Assembly: GCA_028532855.1 (NCBI GenBank)
Contig: JAQQAL010000002.1
Coordinates: 5,901 to 69,900, forward strand
Reading direction: 5' to 3'
Source of the DNA: Candidatus Thalassospirochaeta sargassi
GTDB lineage: Bacteria > Spirochaetota > Spirochaetia > UBA9216
Length of the DNA stretch: 64,000 nucleotides
Under the pieces are notes generated by a model that ran no database searches, was not told the origin of the DNA, and saw nothing but the letters and a program-made list of their open reading frames with translations. Position 1 is the first letter of the stretch; the number at the start of each line of letters is the position of its first letter. Positions 38,358 to 48,419 of this stretch are shown here, in pieces. The translations under genes and the position numbers were made by a program.

Positions 38358-39452
38358 ATGAGATATGCACTAATTATGGCCGGCGGCAGCGGTACAAGAC
38401 TGTGGCCTATGAGTACATCGGCACAGCCGAAACAGCTGATTCCCTTTATTAACGGCCGCAGCCTTCTTCAGATATCGTTTGAACGACTCGATGGTCTCGT
38501 GCCGTCTGAAAACAGATACATATGCGCTGGAAATGCCCACCGTAATATAATTTCCCAGCGGCTGAGCGGCTTCAGCGACGGGCAGTTTATCGGTGAGCCT
38601 ACCGGCCGGGATACCCTTAATGCTCTGGCATACAGTGCTGCGGTACTGTATAAAAAAGACCCCTCGGCTGTTATAGCTGTTTTCACTGCTGATCACGTTA
38701 TTGAACCGGTTGATGAGTTTCAGAAGATTGTCGAGATGGGTTATGAGGTTGTTGAAAACAGCGAAGATACCCTTGTCACCTTCGGTATCACGCCTGATCA
38801 TCCCGCAACCGGCTTCGGCTATCTTGAACTGGGACAGGTTTTTCATAAAGAAGCAAAGCTACTGAAGAGTTTCAGAGAGAAACCTGAAAAAATAGTCGCC
38901 GAAGAATATTTTGCTGCCGGGGCTCAGCAATACCTATGGAACAGCGGCATGTTTGTATGGAAGGCCTCAACACTCCTCAAATGTGTAGAAAAATATGAAC
39001 CGCAAAACTACAGGCAGATAATGGAGATTGTCGAAGTTTCTGAATCTGATGATTTTGAAAAAACCCTTAACAAAATATACCCCGAACTCAAAAAAATCAG
39101 CATAGATTATGCTGTAATGGAACCGGCATCACAGGATGATCAGTTCAATGTTGCAGCTGTCCCTATGCCGCTTACATGGATAGATCTAGGCTCATGGACC
39201 GCATTTGCGGAAATTACCAATGGCGATGAAGAAGAAAACAGTTTCGGCGGCGGGAAGCATCTGCTTGTTGACAGCAGTAAAACCCTCATTGCTTCAGAAA
39301 ACGATTCACATCTGCTGGCAGGCATAGGTCTGGAGAACATGATCGTTATCCACACAGATAAGGCAACGCTCATCTGTCCGCGTGATAGAGACCAGGATAT
39401 CAAGAAATTATATGAAGCTGTTAAGGAAAAGTACGGCTCAGATTATATTTAA
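38358..39452 (+). CDS. manC: Mannose-1-phosphate guanylyltransferase.
   Basis: 'ALIMAGGSGTRLWPMS' nucleotidyltransferase motif. 364 aa. Confidence 0.8.
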   Translation: MRYALIMAGGSGTRLWPMSTSAQPKQLIPFINGRSLLQISFERLDGLVPSENRYICAGNAHRNIISQRLSGFSDGQFIGEPTGRDTLNALAYSAAVLYKKDPSAVIAVFTADHVIEPVDEFQKIVEMGYEVVENSEDTLVTFGITPDHPATGFGYLELGQVFHKEAKLLKSFREKPEKIVAEEYFAAGAQQYLWNSGMFVWKASTLLKCVEKYEPQNYRQIMEIVEVSESDDFEKTLNKIYPELKKISIDYAVMEPASQDDQFNVAAVPMPLTWIDLGSWTAFAEITNGDEEENSFGGGKHLLVDSSKTLIASENDSHLLAGIGLENMIVIHTDKATLICPRDRDQDIKKLYEAVKEKYGSDYI

Positions 39453-39527
39453 CTTCGGCTCATGGCTTGAAATACCGATATTTAAGTGTTAATTATATTA
39501 ACATCTTGCTAAAACGGGATTAATTAA

Positions 39528-41531
39528 ATGAACGACCAGATTACAGAAACTGATTATAGAAACCTTCGTCCGGACGAAATAGATATTATGCAGAACCGCG
39601 GTTGCGTCTGTGAAGAATGGGAGAGAGTAAGGGTTCTTAAGGGCTTCTCTCCTGAGCGTTTCAAAAATGTCGCATTCTACGGTGATATCAGACTAGGCAG
39701 AATGAACGGTCGTATTGATTCGGTAAGCGGCGTCAGTCGAAAATGTGGAATCTATAATTCCGCGATTCATAATTCAACTATCGGCAATAATGTATATATC
39801 AGGAACGTCTCTAATTATATCTCTAATTATAATATAGAAGATGATGTCGTAATAGACGGTTTGAATACCCTGGAAATTACCGGATCCACTACCTTCGGGA
39901 ACGGGGTATCTGCTTCAGTAATAAATGAAGGCGGCGGCCGTGAGGTTCCGATTTACGACAGGTTATCGGCTCATGAGGCTTATATTATTGCGCTTTACAG
40001 GCATAGGGCAGAGCTTCTTGACCGCTTGAGAGCAATGATAGACGATTATTGCGGACAGGTCAGATCAGATCGAGGGGTTGTCGGTGCCGGCGCACACATC
40101 TCCAATTGCGGTCATATATCAGATGTAAAGATCGGGGCTAATGCCGAGATCATCGGTATTGTCAGGCTGAACAACGGTACGGTTAACAGTACAGCTGAAG
40201 CCGGGACGAGGGTAGGCGCGGGTGTTATTGCGGACGATTTCATTATGGCCTCGGGCTGCAGCGTCACTGACGGTGTAATAATTGAGCGATGCTTTATAGG
40301 GCAGGGAACCGTGCTCTCCAAGCAGTATTCAGCGGTAAATTCCGTGTTTTTTGCCAACTGCGGAGGTTTTCACGGTGAAGCCTGTTCGATTTTTGCAGGC
40401 CCCTATACGGTTACTCATCATAAATCAACCCTGCTTATTGCAGGAATATATTCATTTATGAACGCTGGTTCCGGCTCGAACCAGAGCAATCATATGTATA
40501 AACTGGGTCCTGTTCATCAGGGAATTCTTGAGCGCGGAACCAAGACCACATCAAATTCATACATCAGTTTTCCGGCTCGCATAGGTGCATTTACCCTGGT
40601 TATGGGACGGCATACAGCAAACTCTGATACATCAGATTTTCCCTTCAGTTATCTGCTTGAAGAAGATGATGAGAGCGTTCTTGTCCCGGGAGTCAATATC
40701 AGAAGTGTTGGAACAGTCCGCGATGCCAAGAAATGGCCCAGGAGGGACAGGCGAAATGGAAGTGATAAACTTGATTTTCTGTCTTTCTACCTGTTAACCC
40801 CCTATACTGTGCAGAAGATGATAAACGGTAAGGAGCGGCTTTTAAAGCTCCGTGAAGAAGCGGGAACTGCAACCAAGAAATACTATCACAACGGTGTGAA
40901 AATCAGCAGGGAAGCATTAGGCCGTGGAATAAAATATTATAACCTAGGGATTACCCGGTTCACAGGCAATGTTCTTGTATCGCTGCTGCAGAGTAAGAAG
41001 ATCAATAACCTCGAAGATTTGCGAGGTCTCTTTGCCTCCGGGGATGAAGACGGGCGTGGACAGTGGCTGGATATCGCCGGCCTTATTGTGCCGGAGAATG
41101 CTCTTGCTAATCTGCTGGAAGATATCGAAGCTGGAGTAATTGATAAACTAAGTGAAGTAAGTAACAGGTTCAGGGAACTTCACCGGAATTACAGCAGGTA
41201 TGAAATAGCGTGGATGTCTCAGCGACTTGAGATTATCCTAGGAAAGAAATTCAGCGATTTTTCTGCTGCAGATATCGCAGGCATACTCGACGACTGGATT
41301 ACTGCGGTTGAAGAACTTGACCAGATGCGCTGCTATGATGCCCGCAAGGAATTCAGCGCAACCGCTATGGTGGGGTTCGGGATTGACGGGGATGCTGAAG
41401 CACGCAAGAAAGATTTTTACGCTGTTCGCGGCGAAGAAGAAAATAATGATTTTATCACTCAGCTTAAAGCCCGCCTGAAGCTGAAGAAGGATACCGTTGC
41501 AAGCCTGAAAGAAAAACTGCAGCAGTTATAG
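39528..41531 (+). CDS. Large left-handed beta-helix (hexapeptide-repeat) protein of unknown function, DUF4954-like.
   Basis: 667 aa with repeated [IVL]-G-x-x-x-x-I hexapeptide runs ('IGANAEIIGIVRLNNGTV', 'VGAGVIADDFIMASGCSV') and a C-terminal alpha-helical region. No catalytic motif recognised. Confidence 0.5.
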   Translation: MNDQITETDYRNLRPDEIDIMQNRGCVCEEWERVRVLKGFSPERFKNVAFYGDIRLGRMNGRIDSVSGVSRKCGIYNSAIHNSTIGNNVYIRNVSNYISNYNIEDDVVIDGLNTLEITGSTTFGNGVSASVINEGGGREVPIYDRLSAHEAYIIALYRHRAELLDRLRAMIDDYCGQVRSDRGVVGAGAHISNCGHISDVKIGANAEIIGIVRLNNGTVNSTAEAGTRVGAGVIADDFIMASGCSVTDGVIIERCFIGQGTVLSKQYSAVNSVFFANCGGFHGEACSIFAGPYTVTHHKSTLLIAGIYSFMNAGSGSNQSNHMYKLGPVHQGILERGTKTTSNSYISFPARIGAFTLVMGRHTANSDTSDFPFSYLLEEDDESVLVPGVNIRSVGTVRDAKKWPRRDRRNGSDKLDFLSFYLLTPYTVQKMINGKERLLKLREEAGTATKKYYHNGVKISREALGRGIKYYNLGITRFTGNVLVSLLQSKKINNLEDLRGLFASGDEDGRGQWLDIAGLIVPENALANLLEDIEAGVIDKLSEVSNRFRELHRNYSRYEIAWMSQRLEIILGKKFSDFSAADIAGILDDWITAVEELDQMRCYDARKEFSATAMVGFGIDGDAEARKKDFYAVRGEEENNDFITQLKARLKLKKDTVASLKEKLQQL

Positions 41532-41716
41532 CCCGGCCCGCTTCTGTTCCTCGCTGACGCTCAGCCGAGTCTGATCCGCCGTAGGGAGTCTGCTCCGCCG
41601 TCTCCCGACAACTCTTTTCTGTTTGTTACATCCTGAGACAGGAAGACTACAACGCCTTGCAGCCTCTTGGGGGCATTCGGCCAGTTTTGTGAGGTTATCT
41701 GGTAATTGGGTCTCGG

Positions 41717-44700
41717 TCAGATGATTGTTTCTTCCCTCCACATTGATTCATCCGGTGTTGTTCCGCTGAGCAGTTTGTCTTTAAGTATAACGGTCTTTTC
41801 GTCGGCGGTTACCTTGTAATAAGCCTGCAGTTTTTGATTGAGCTTATCGAACAGCCTGGGGATTTCACTTCTATTGCCGACAGCCGAGCTTGAAACCATC
41901 AGCATGCGGTATGCGGGTTCACAAAGCGGGTCGGCATCAATGAGCTGTTTGGCCCATTCAAGAGCCTCATGGAATTCAGCCGAATTCAACGATAGAAGTA
42001 TCATTTTAAAGAGCAGGCTGCGAAATTTCGAACGAAGATTTTCCCGCTCATCACGGATGAAATCATAGTACAGATCATTTTCAAGAAAATCCCCTCTATA
42101 AAGTTCTATTGCAGAGCGGAACATCCTTGTTGATACCTCATGGTTGCCGTTTTTCTCCGCATCCGTTCCCAGCTTTATATATTCAAGAAATTTATCAGCA
42201 TCGGTTATTACTGTATTTTCCTTGAATCTGATTACGTTTACATCAGTGTAGAGAAAATCATCCTTATTATTCAGCAGCTTGCGCAGGCGGTAGATTATGG
42301 TGTTAAGGTTATCCCTTGCGCTTTTATATGAGTAGCGTGGCCAGAAAAGCTCATATATTCGCTCTTTGGTGATTCCTGTTTTTCTGTATACTATAAGCAG
42401 TTTCAGCAGATCCATCACACGCTTCTGTCCTCCAAGGAGATCTGCTGAGATCTCCTCCCCTTTAACACCGATGCTGAATGAACCCAGAGTGGTGATTTCA
42501 AGTTCATACTGTGAGGTAGAAAGTTTCTCATATTCTTTATCATGTTTGAGTCTTGGGAATGATTCGAAAGCTCCGCAAGGGAATACCTCAGCTATTTCAC
42601 GCAGAAGGTCCGGAGAACAGATGTCGAGGTTTGTATAATTATTTTCAGTAATAGCGTTTTCCATTCTTTTAAACCATTTTTTTGCCTCGGCTTTAGCTCC
42701 GCTTTTAGTACTGATATAAGCCAGAAGGGCTGTTGCGGTAGCATATGGGTAAGGGTATTCTTCAGCTGTGATTTCCTCCATAAGTTCCATAAGGATAATT
42801 CTGCTTTTTTCGGCACCCTCGGTGTAGAAGCTGACTTCTGCCAGTGCCAGTTTGCTGAATGGGAAGTCTGAACGCATCAGTTTTTCATTGCCGGGCTCCA
42901 GTAGTCTGTTGCAGTAATACCTGGCTCTGTGGTTGTTTCCTGTTCGATAAGCTATCAGCATCTCAAAGAGAAAATCGTAATTGTATTTCAGGTAAAGATT
43001 TTCTCCGGGTTCTCTCTCCCTCAAACGTTCATATAGGGCATCTGCTTTCTCTATATCATTCAGATAGAGATTGTAATAAACCAGGTTTAGTTCCAGATAA
43101 GGTCTGAATGCGAACTCAGTTCCGGAGGATGATAGAGCCTTGTGTATCTGTGAAATGGCTGTTGAGATTTCGCCGCAGTAGAAATATGTATCACCTAGGT
43201 AGAAGCTGGACAGACTCTGATACTGTTTGTATAAGTGGAATGAGCCTTCGGTAAAGAGGTTTTCTGTTTTTAAAAGCAGGTTTTTAGCGCTGTGGAATTC
43301 ACCGCGGGCGATATAAATTTTTGATAAAACGAGACGGGAGCAGAGAAAAGCTTCTTCGTTATGAAGTCTGTTTGATGTTTCTTCGGCTCTCAGGGCTATC
43401 TCAAATGCCTTGTCTCTCGATGCGCCGGTCCACCATTGCCCAAGCGGAATCAAAGCGGTCAGCAGTTCATTCTGCTCAATAGAGATATCAAGCCCGTGGT
43501 TAAGCAGGAATTCTTCAGCCATATTGATAATATTCCCAACGGTTTCTGCGTTACTCTGAAAGAAAAAGTAATTTGTAAGCAGGACTGAATAAATTGAAGC
43601 TTCCCGGTCATGATCTTTGTTGCTGTTAAAGATGTACAGGAGTTTGAGCAGTTGGCGCCGGGACGTTTCCGGCTGCATCAGATTGTTGACTATTGCATTG
43701 TAATAAGACAGATAAGGATCCGAGGCCTGCATCTCTGCAGGGAAGAATGAAAGAATATCATTAATGGATTCATACTCATTGTTTTTTATAAGATCTTCGG
43801 CGAAGTTGATTAATTCTACCCTTGCTTCATCAAACAACTCTGCTTTGCAGAGGAATTTTACTGCCGATCTAATATCCTCTTCCTGCTGGTAGTATTCGGC
43901 AATGCCTGAGAGGCATTCCTTTTTCTGTTCGGGAGTAAACTTGTTAAATTCGCTACTCAGGTAGGAGCGGAAAATCGGATTGAAAATATATTCGTATTTT
44001 GCCGGATCTACAGTCGAAATAAACATGTTGGTACGCTGAAGCTCTTTAATCGTCTGAACTCCGCTGTCTCCGGAGACTACCTCAATCAGGTGGGGGGTAA
44101 AGTTGTCCGCCTCGCTTAGTTTTATAAGGATATCAGCCATAGCAGGAGTTAGTATTGGAAGAATCTGAGTCTGGAAGTAGTCGTCAATTTCCGGAATTGA
44201 TTGAGTTACTAAAAAATTTTCAAGGATGTGTTCTCCTTCCTTCCGATTCAGGCAGCAGATCTTTTCCAGCAGTATGATTATGGCGGTTATCCATCCCTGT
44301 GTGACCTCTATAAGTCTTTCAAGAATGACGGTATCGAAACTCATGTCATAAAGGTTGTAAATCAGGCTGTGGATATCGTCACGGTTAAACGCTATATCTC
44401 TGTTTTTCAGCTCTGTAAGCTCTTTTCTTGTTCTTATCCGGGCCAGAGAAATTTTTACGGTTTCCCGTGTAAGTATTATCAAATGAATTCGTTTAGACAG
44501 ATGTTCAAGCAGTCTTTCAATCACTGTACAGGTTTCAGGGGAATGATTTATATACTCAAAATCCTCAAAAATCAGGTACATATCATCAGGGAGTTTACCT
44601 TTTATTTCTTCACAGAAGTTATCGGCAAGTTCAGCCGGAGATATTGATTCCGATAGGGGCTTTTTCCTTTGTTGCCCATTGTTCAGATAGGAATATAAAA

Positions 44701-44932
44701 CCTTTTCAAGGCGTTCAAGAAAGATTCTGAAATTTGAGTCTTTTTTCTGGAGCCGGTGCCAGACACAATTTTTGTCCTCATTGGTAATGAAGTCGAATGC
44801 TGCCGCTGATTTACCCATGCCGGGGCCTGCTTCAATTATGACAACATGTTTCTCTTCAAAAAAATTATAGAGTCTTGGCCTCGGCTGAACCTTGTTCAGT
44901 TCAGGCGGCAGGAATTCCTTTGAATAGGGCAT
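41717..44932 (-). CDS. STAND-class signal-transduction ATPase: MalT-like N-terminal NTPase, TPR/SUPR repeats, and a C-terminal OmpR-type wHTH plus BTAD (SARP-type) DNA-binding output.
   Basis: P-loop 'GPGMGKSAAAFDF' in a MalT-like N-region ('VTQGWITAIIILL'). C-terminal 'LGSFSIGVKGEEI...RIYELFWP...YRLRKLL' is a trans_reg_C wHTH, followed by BTAD 'AIELYRGDFL...'. 1071 aa. Confidence 0.7.
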   Translation of the reverse strand: MPYSKEFLPPELNKVQPRPRLYNFFEEKHVVIIEAGPGMGKSAAAFDFITNEDKNCVWHRLQKKDSNFRIFLERLEKVLYSYLNNGQQRKKPLSESISPAELADNFCEEIKGKLPDDMYLIFEDFEYINHSPETCTVIERLLEHLSKRIHLIILTRETVKISLARIRTRKELTELKNRDIAFNRDDIHSLIYNLYDMSFDTVILERLIEVTQGWITAIIILLEKICCLNRKEGEHILENFLVTQSIPEIDDYFQTQILPILTPAMADILIKLSEADNFTPHLIEVVSGDSGVQTIKELQRTNMFISTVDPAKYEYIFNPIFRSYLSSEFNKFTPEQKKECLSGIAEYYQQEEDIRSAVKFLCKAELFDEARVELINFAEDLIKNNEYESINDILSFFPAEMQASDPYLSYYNAIVNNLMQPETSRRQLLKLLYIFNSNKDHDREASIYSVLLTNYFFFQSNAETVGNIINMAEEFLLNHGLDISIEQNELLTALIPLGQWWTGASRDKAFEIALRAEETSNRLHNEEAFLCSRLVLSKIYIARGEFHSAKNLLLKTENLFTEGSFHLYKQYQSLSSFYLGDTYFYCGEISTAISQIHKALSSSGTEFAFRPYLELNLVYYNLYLNDIEKADALYERLREREPGENLYLKYNYDFLFEMLIAYRTGNNHRARYYCNRLLEPGNEKLMRSDFPFSKLALAEVSFYTEGAEKSRIILMELMEEITAEEYPYPYATATALLAYISTKSGAKAEAKKWFKRMENAITENNYTNLDICSPDLLREIAEVFPCGAFESFPRLKHDKEYEKLSTSQYELEITTLGSFSIGVKGEEISADLLGGQKRVMDLLKLLIVYRKTGITKERIYELFWPRYSYKSARDNLNTIIYRLRKLLNNKDDFLYTDVNVIRFKENTVITDADKFLEYIKLGTDAEKNGNHEVSTRMFRSAIELYRGDFLENDLYYDFIRDERENLRSKFRSLLFKMILLSLNSAEFHEALEWAKQLIDADPLCEPAYRMLMVSSSAVGNRSEIPRLFDKLNQKLQAYYKVTADEKTVILKDKLLSGTTPDESMWREETII

Positions 44933-45066
44933 AAAATCTCCAGAATTTGTATGAAAAAGAATTCATAACAGGGGTTTGTCATCTCACGTTCAGACCCGTG
45001 ACACTACATTATTGTATAAAAAGGTACAAAACTCAACATATTAATTTCATTAGAGAGGTATATAAA

Positions 45067-46368
45067 ATGAAAAGCGGACCTAAGAGCAAAGCTATGTACG
45101 ACAGGGCTGCGCAGTCTATTCCCGGAGGAGTTTCCTCTAATTTCCGTTTCTGGGGTGAAGATGCCACCCTTGTAGTAAAAAAAGGTGAAGGTGCATATCT
45201 TTACGATCAGGATGATAAGCGATATGTAGACTACAGACTCGGGTTCGGCCCTGTTGTTCTTGGACATGCCAGAGAGGAAATTTCTAATCATATAACAGAA
45301 GCAATGAAGATGGGAAACTGTTTCGCTATGACGAATGAGTATGAAATCAGAGTTGCTGAAAAGATTAAGAAAATGACAGGTGTCGATCTTGTAAGAATGT
45401 CCAATACGGGAACTGAGGCTACAATGGGTGCAATGAGAATTGCCAGGGCATTCACCGGAAGAGATAAGATCCTGAAGTTCGACGGTGCATATCATGGATT
45501 TCATGACTACTCGCTGTGGAATACATATCCTCCCACTACAGGGGTAGGTTACAAGAATTCCCCCTTTCTTATTCCCCAGGGTTCAGGTATTCCCAGATCC
45601 GTAGGTGATTTAATGTACTCACTTCCATTTAATAATAAGGAAGTCCTTGAGAAAAAGCTGAAAGAGCGATGGCAGGATATTGCATGTATTATTATTGAAC
45701 CGCTATTAGGTAATCAAGCCTCAATTATGCCGCAGGACGGATTCCTTGAATTTGTTCGAGAGCAGTGTGATAAATACGGAATCGTGATGATTATTGATGA
45801 GGTAAAAACAGGATTCAGAATTGCACCGGGCGGTGCACAGGAGTATTTCGGAGTTAAAGCCGATATTGTTACCTATGCAAAATGTCTGGGCAACGGGTTT
45901 CCGGTCGCTGCAATAGGCGGTCAGAAACATATAATGGGTGAAGTCGGCCCCGGTAAGATTCCGCATGGTGGAACTTACGGTTCGAATGTCGTTGCTATGG
46001 CAGCTGCGGATAAGGTTCTTGATCTTATTGCCGCCGGTGAGCTTGATAAGGTTAATGCTCACGGTAAAAAACTGAGAGCGGGATGGAAGAAAATACTTGA
46101 TGCTGCCGGAGTTCCATACGTAATTCAGGGACCCGATGCAATGCCTGGAATCGTATTTACCGAAGAGCCGGTGTGCCGTGAGTACAAGCACTGGGCGGAC
46201 GGTGATCATGACACCTACAATGCTATAATTCATAAATGTATAGAAAAAGGTGTTATGCCTGACTACGATTCAAGAGAACCCTGGTTTATCTCTTCATGTC
46301 ACACTGATGAAGATGCTGATTTCGTACTCGGTGTTTTTGAGGAAGCAGTCAAAGAAGTTCTTAGCTAG
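45067..46368 (+). CDS. Class-III aminotransferase, glutamate-1-semialdehyde aminomutase (HemL)-like.
   Basis: 'AAQSIPGGVSSNFRFW' and 'MSNTGTEATMGAMRIARAFTGRDKILKFDGAYHG' fit the HemL-family pattern. ATG at 45067 with a purine-rich 'gagagg' upstream. Confidence 0.75.
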   Translation: MKSGPKSKAMYDRAAQSIPGGVSSNFRFWGEDATLVVKKGEGAYLYDQDDKRYVDYRLGFGPVVLGHAREEISNHITEAMKMGNCFAMTNEYEIRVAEKIKKMTGVDLVRMSNTGTEATMGAMRIARAFTGRDKILKFDGAYHGFHDYSLWNTYPPTTGVGYKNSPFLIPQGSGIPRSVGDLMYSLPFNNKEVLEKKLKERWQDIACIIIEPLLGNQASIMPQDGFLEFVREQCDKYGIVMIIDEVKTGFRIAPGGAQEYFGVKADIVTYAKCLGNGFPVAAIGGQKHIMGEVGPGKIPHGGTYGSNVVAMAAADKVLDLIAAGELDKVNAHGKKLRAGWKKILDAAGVPYVIQGPDAMPGIVFTEEPVCREYKHWADGDHDTYNAIIHKCIEKGVMPDYDSREPWFISSCHTDEDADFVLGVFEEAVKEVLS

Positions 46369-46370
46369 GC

Positions 46371-46410
46371 AAAAAACCGCCGTGTGTTTCGCCGGCGGTT
46401 TTCTTTTTTC
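46371..46410 (+). terminator. Bidirectional rho-independent terminator.
   Basis: A-run, then ACCGCCG-loop-CGGCGGT, then 'tttcttttttcc'. Confidence 0.6.
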
Positions 46411-46598
46411 CCCATTTTAATAACCGGATAAACACTCCTCCGACAGGGGTAGCCAGCTGGCTTTTGTAAAAAAGCTTGCATAATTAAAAATGCAGATTTA
46501 AACTGATTAAGTAGATTCCATTCTATCAGCAGGCTGTCATAATTATATCAGAGTTGTGATAGACATTAAAAATAGAATGGACATGCAATCTATAAAAT

Positions 46599-48122
46599 AT
46601 GGAGGAGAAGAGATTGGAAAATGCAGTAGTTCAATTACACGTGGTTGACTGGCTGATCGTCCTGATTTACATCGCTTTTATGCTTTTCGTGGGATTTTAT
46701 TTCTCAAAGAAGCAGAAAGGTTTTGACGATTACTTCATGGCCGGCCGCACATTGACTGCACCGCTTCTGGTGGGAACACTTGTATCAACGTTCTATGGGC
46801 TTGATACCCTGTTTGGGACCTCGGAAGTCGGTTTTTACGAAGGTGTATCCGCCTTTTTTGCATATTCGCTGCCATATACAGCGCTGTATGTAATAATGGC
46901 ATTCCTTGCACCCAAGTTTAAGGAGGTGTTTCCTGAAGGCACAACAATGCAGGACATCGCGTTCAAGAAGTACGGTAAAACAACTGGGATATTTACTTCA
47001 ATAGCGGCTTTCCTGTATTCAACGAATACGATGGAAATGATGGGTATAGGATTTATCTTGAACCTTATTACCGGAATGCCTATATGGCTCGGTACTCTAA
47101 TAGGTGCAATACTTGTACTTATCTACACCTGGACCGGCGGATTGTGGGCAGTCACAATGACCGACTTCATACAGTTTATATCGATGATGATAACCGTCGG
47201 TATTGCTTTGATTATCGGCTGGAAGGCTATTGGCGGATATGAAGGAGTATTCGAAGGTCTGATTGAATGGACAGGCAGCGCGGAGGATGCCTCATACTTC
47301 TTCAGTGCGGGGGCGGGATATCTGAGTCCCTGGACGCTTGTATCCTACGGAATAACTGCTCTGGCAGTTCTTGCCGAACCCGCTTTTTTTCAGCGGGTAT
47401 TCGCATCAGCAGGGCCAAAGGAAATTCAGAAGGCTTTCGGTGCCGGTGTTCCGATGTGGCTGTCATACGACTGGTGTGTCACCTTCCTGGGTATTCTCGG
47501 CGCGGCAGCAATAGGCCTTGGTATTATTCCCGAGGTTGAGGCTAATCAAGCCTTGTTTGCTATCTGCGGTCAGTATCTACCCATTGGTCTTATGGGTGTC
47601 TTCCTTGCCGGTGTACTTGCTGCTGCAATGTCTACCGCAGATTCATATTTCCTTGTTTCGGGTGGTGTCATCGGTTATGACATCTACAAAGGTGTAATCA
47701 ATCCCGATGCTACATCGGAACAGGTTGAGAGAATGACTAAGCTTGGAATGCTCATTTCCGCAGTTTTCGCCATTGCTCTAACCTTCACCTTTGATGCAAT
47801 TATGGAAGTTTGGGTATTTCAGGCAACAGTTATACTTTCTGTAGCCCTTGTTCCGGTTTATTTTGGAGCTTTCAGCAAGAAACCGCCGAAAAAGATTGCC
47901 GGTGTACTTTCAACCGGTGTTGGTCTTGCCTGTTCAATTATATGGTATATCTGGTCTAACTTCTTCGGTACATGGAGTGACGACTGGGAAGTATATCTAG
48001 TAAAGATTGGAAAAGTGGAACTATGGCAGGAACACGGTATTCTTATTATCGTGCCGCTTGTAATCGTTATCTATCTGATTGCAAACGCCCTCGGTAAGGA
48101 ATCTCTTGAGGAGGCTGTATAA
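46599..48122 (+). CDS. Sodium:solute symporter family transporter.
   Basis: 507 aa with 13-14 TM helices and an SSS N-terminal pattern. The exact start is ambiguous (ATG 46599 or downstream GTG). Confidence 0.85.
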   Translation: MEEKRLENAVVQLHVVDWLIVLIYIAFMLFVGFYFSKKQKGFDDYFMAGRTLTAPLLVGTLVSTFYGLDTLFGTSEVGFYEGVSAFFAYSLPYTALYVIMAFLAPKFKEVFPEGTTMQDIAFKKYGKTTGIFTSIAAFLYSTNTMEMMGIGFILNLITGMPIWLGTLIGAILVLIYTWTGGLWAVTMTDFIQFISMMITVGIALIIGWKAIGGYEGVFEGLIEWTGSAEDASYFFSAGAGYLSPWTLVSYGITALAVLAEPAFFQRVFASAGPKEIQKAFGAGVPMWLSYDWCVTFLGILGAAAIGLGIIPEVEANQALFAICGQYLPIGLMGVFLAGVLAAAMSTADSYFLVSGGVIGYDIYKGVINPDATSEQVERMTKLGMLISAVFAIALTFTFDAIMEVWVFQATVILSVALVPVYFGAFSKKPPKKIAGVLSTGVGLACSIIWYIWSNFFGTWSDDWEVYLVKIGKVELWQEHGILIIVPLVIVIYLIANALGKESLEEAV

Positions 48123-48244
48123 TGGGTTGGAATGTAATGTGTTACATAATGGGCGCAATTTCAATAATAGGGCCTATCTGTCTGATTTTCTGGTATGTGC
48201 AGGGTGCAAAAGCGCAGCTGTCTAATTTGAAAAAAGATAAATAA
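48122..48244 (+). CDS. Small (40-aa) membrane protein translationally coupled to the SSS transporter. Not in the ORF track.
   Basis: TAATG overlap with the SSS stop. Translation is 'MGWNVMCYIMGAISIIGPICLIFWYVQGAKAQLSNLKKDK', one TM helix. Small subunits often accompany SSS transporters. Confidence 0.4.
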   Translation: MGWNVMCYIMGAISIIGPICLIFWYVQGAKAQLSNLKKDK

Positions 48245-48419
48245 AAAATTTACTCCCGGATCACCTGATTCGGGAGTCTTAAGCCGGTACTGTCGTCCGG
48301 CAGGACTGGCTTAACTGCTCAAACTGATATTTTCTGCTTGAGCCGCAAATACCTTTTAATAAATAATACAGACAATTGCGTCTGAAACGGCCGTTAGGTT
48401 TAATTGAGGTGAGAAATAA

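Noticed and set aside
41526-41741. 71-aa minus-strand ORF spanning the GC-rich convergent intergenic region
   Set aside because: It overlaps the stop regions of both flanking genes. It is Arg-rich and low-complexity, consistent with GC-rich non-coding DNA.
41717-44932. Considered whether the 1071-aa STAND ATPase is an Avs/NLR-like antiphage protein
   Set aside because: It starts directly with the NTPase, so there is no N-terminal nuclease or other effector domain. It ends in a DNA-binding wHTH+BTAD. This is a MalT/AfsR-type transcription-factor architecture, not a defence effector architecture.
44947-45066. Extension of the aminotransferase ORF to 44947
   Set aside because: The first 40 codons have no homology to HemL-family N-termini. 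The ATG at 45067 has a purine-rich 'gagagg' upstream and aligns with the family start.
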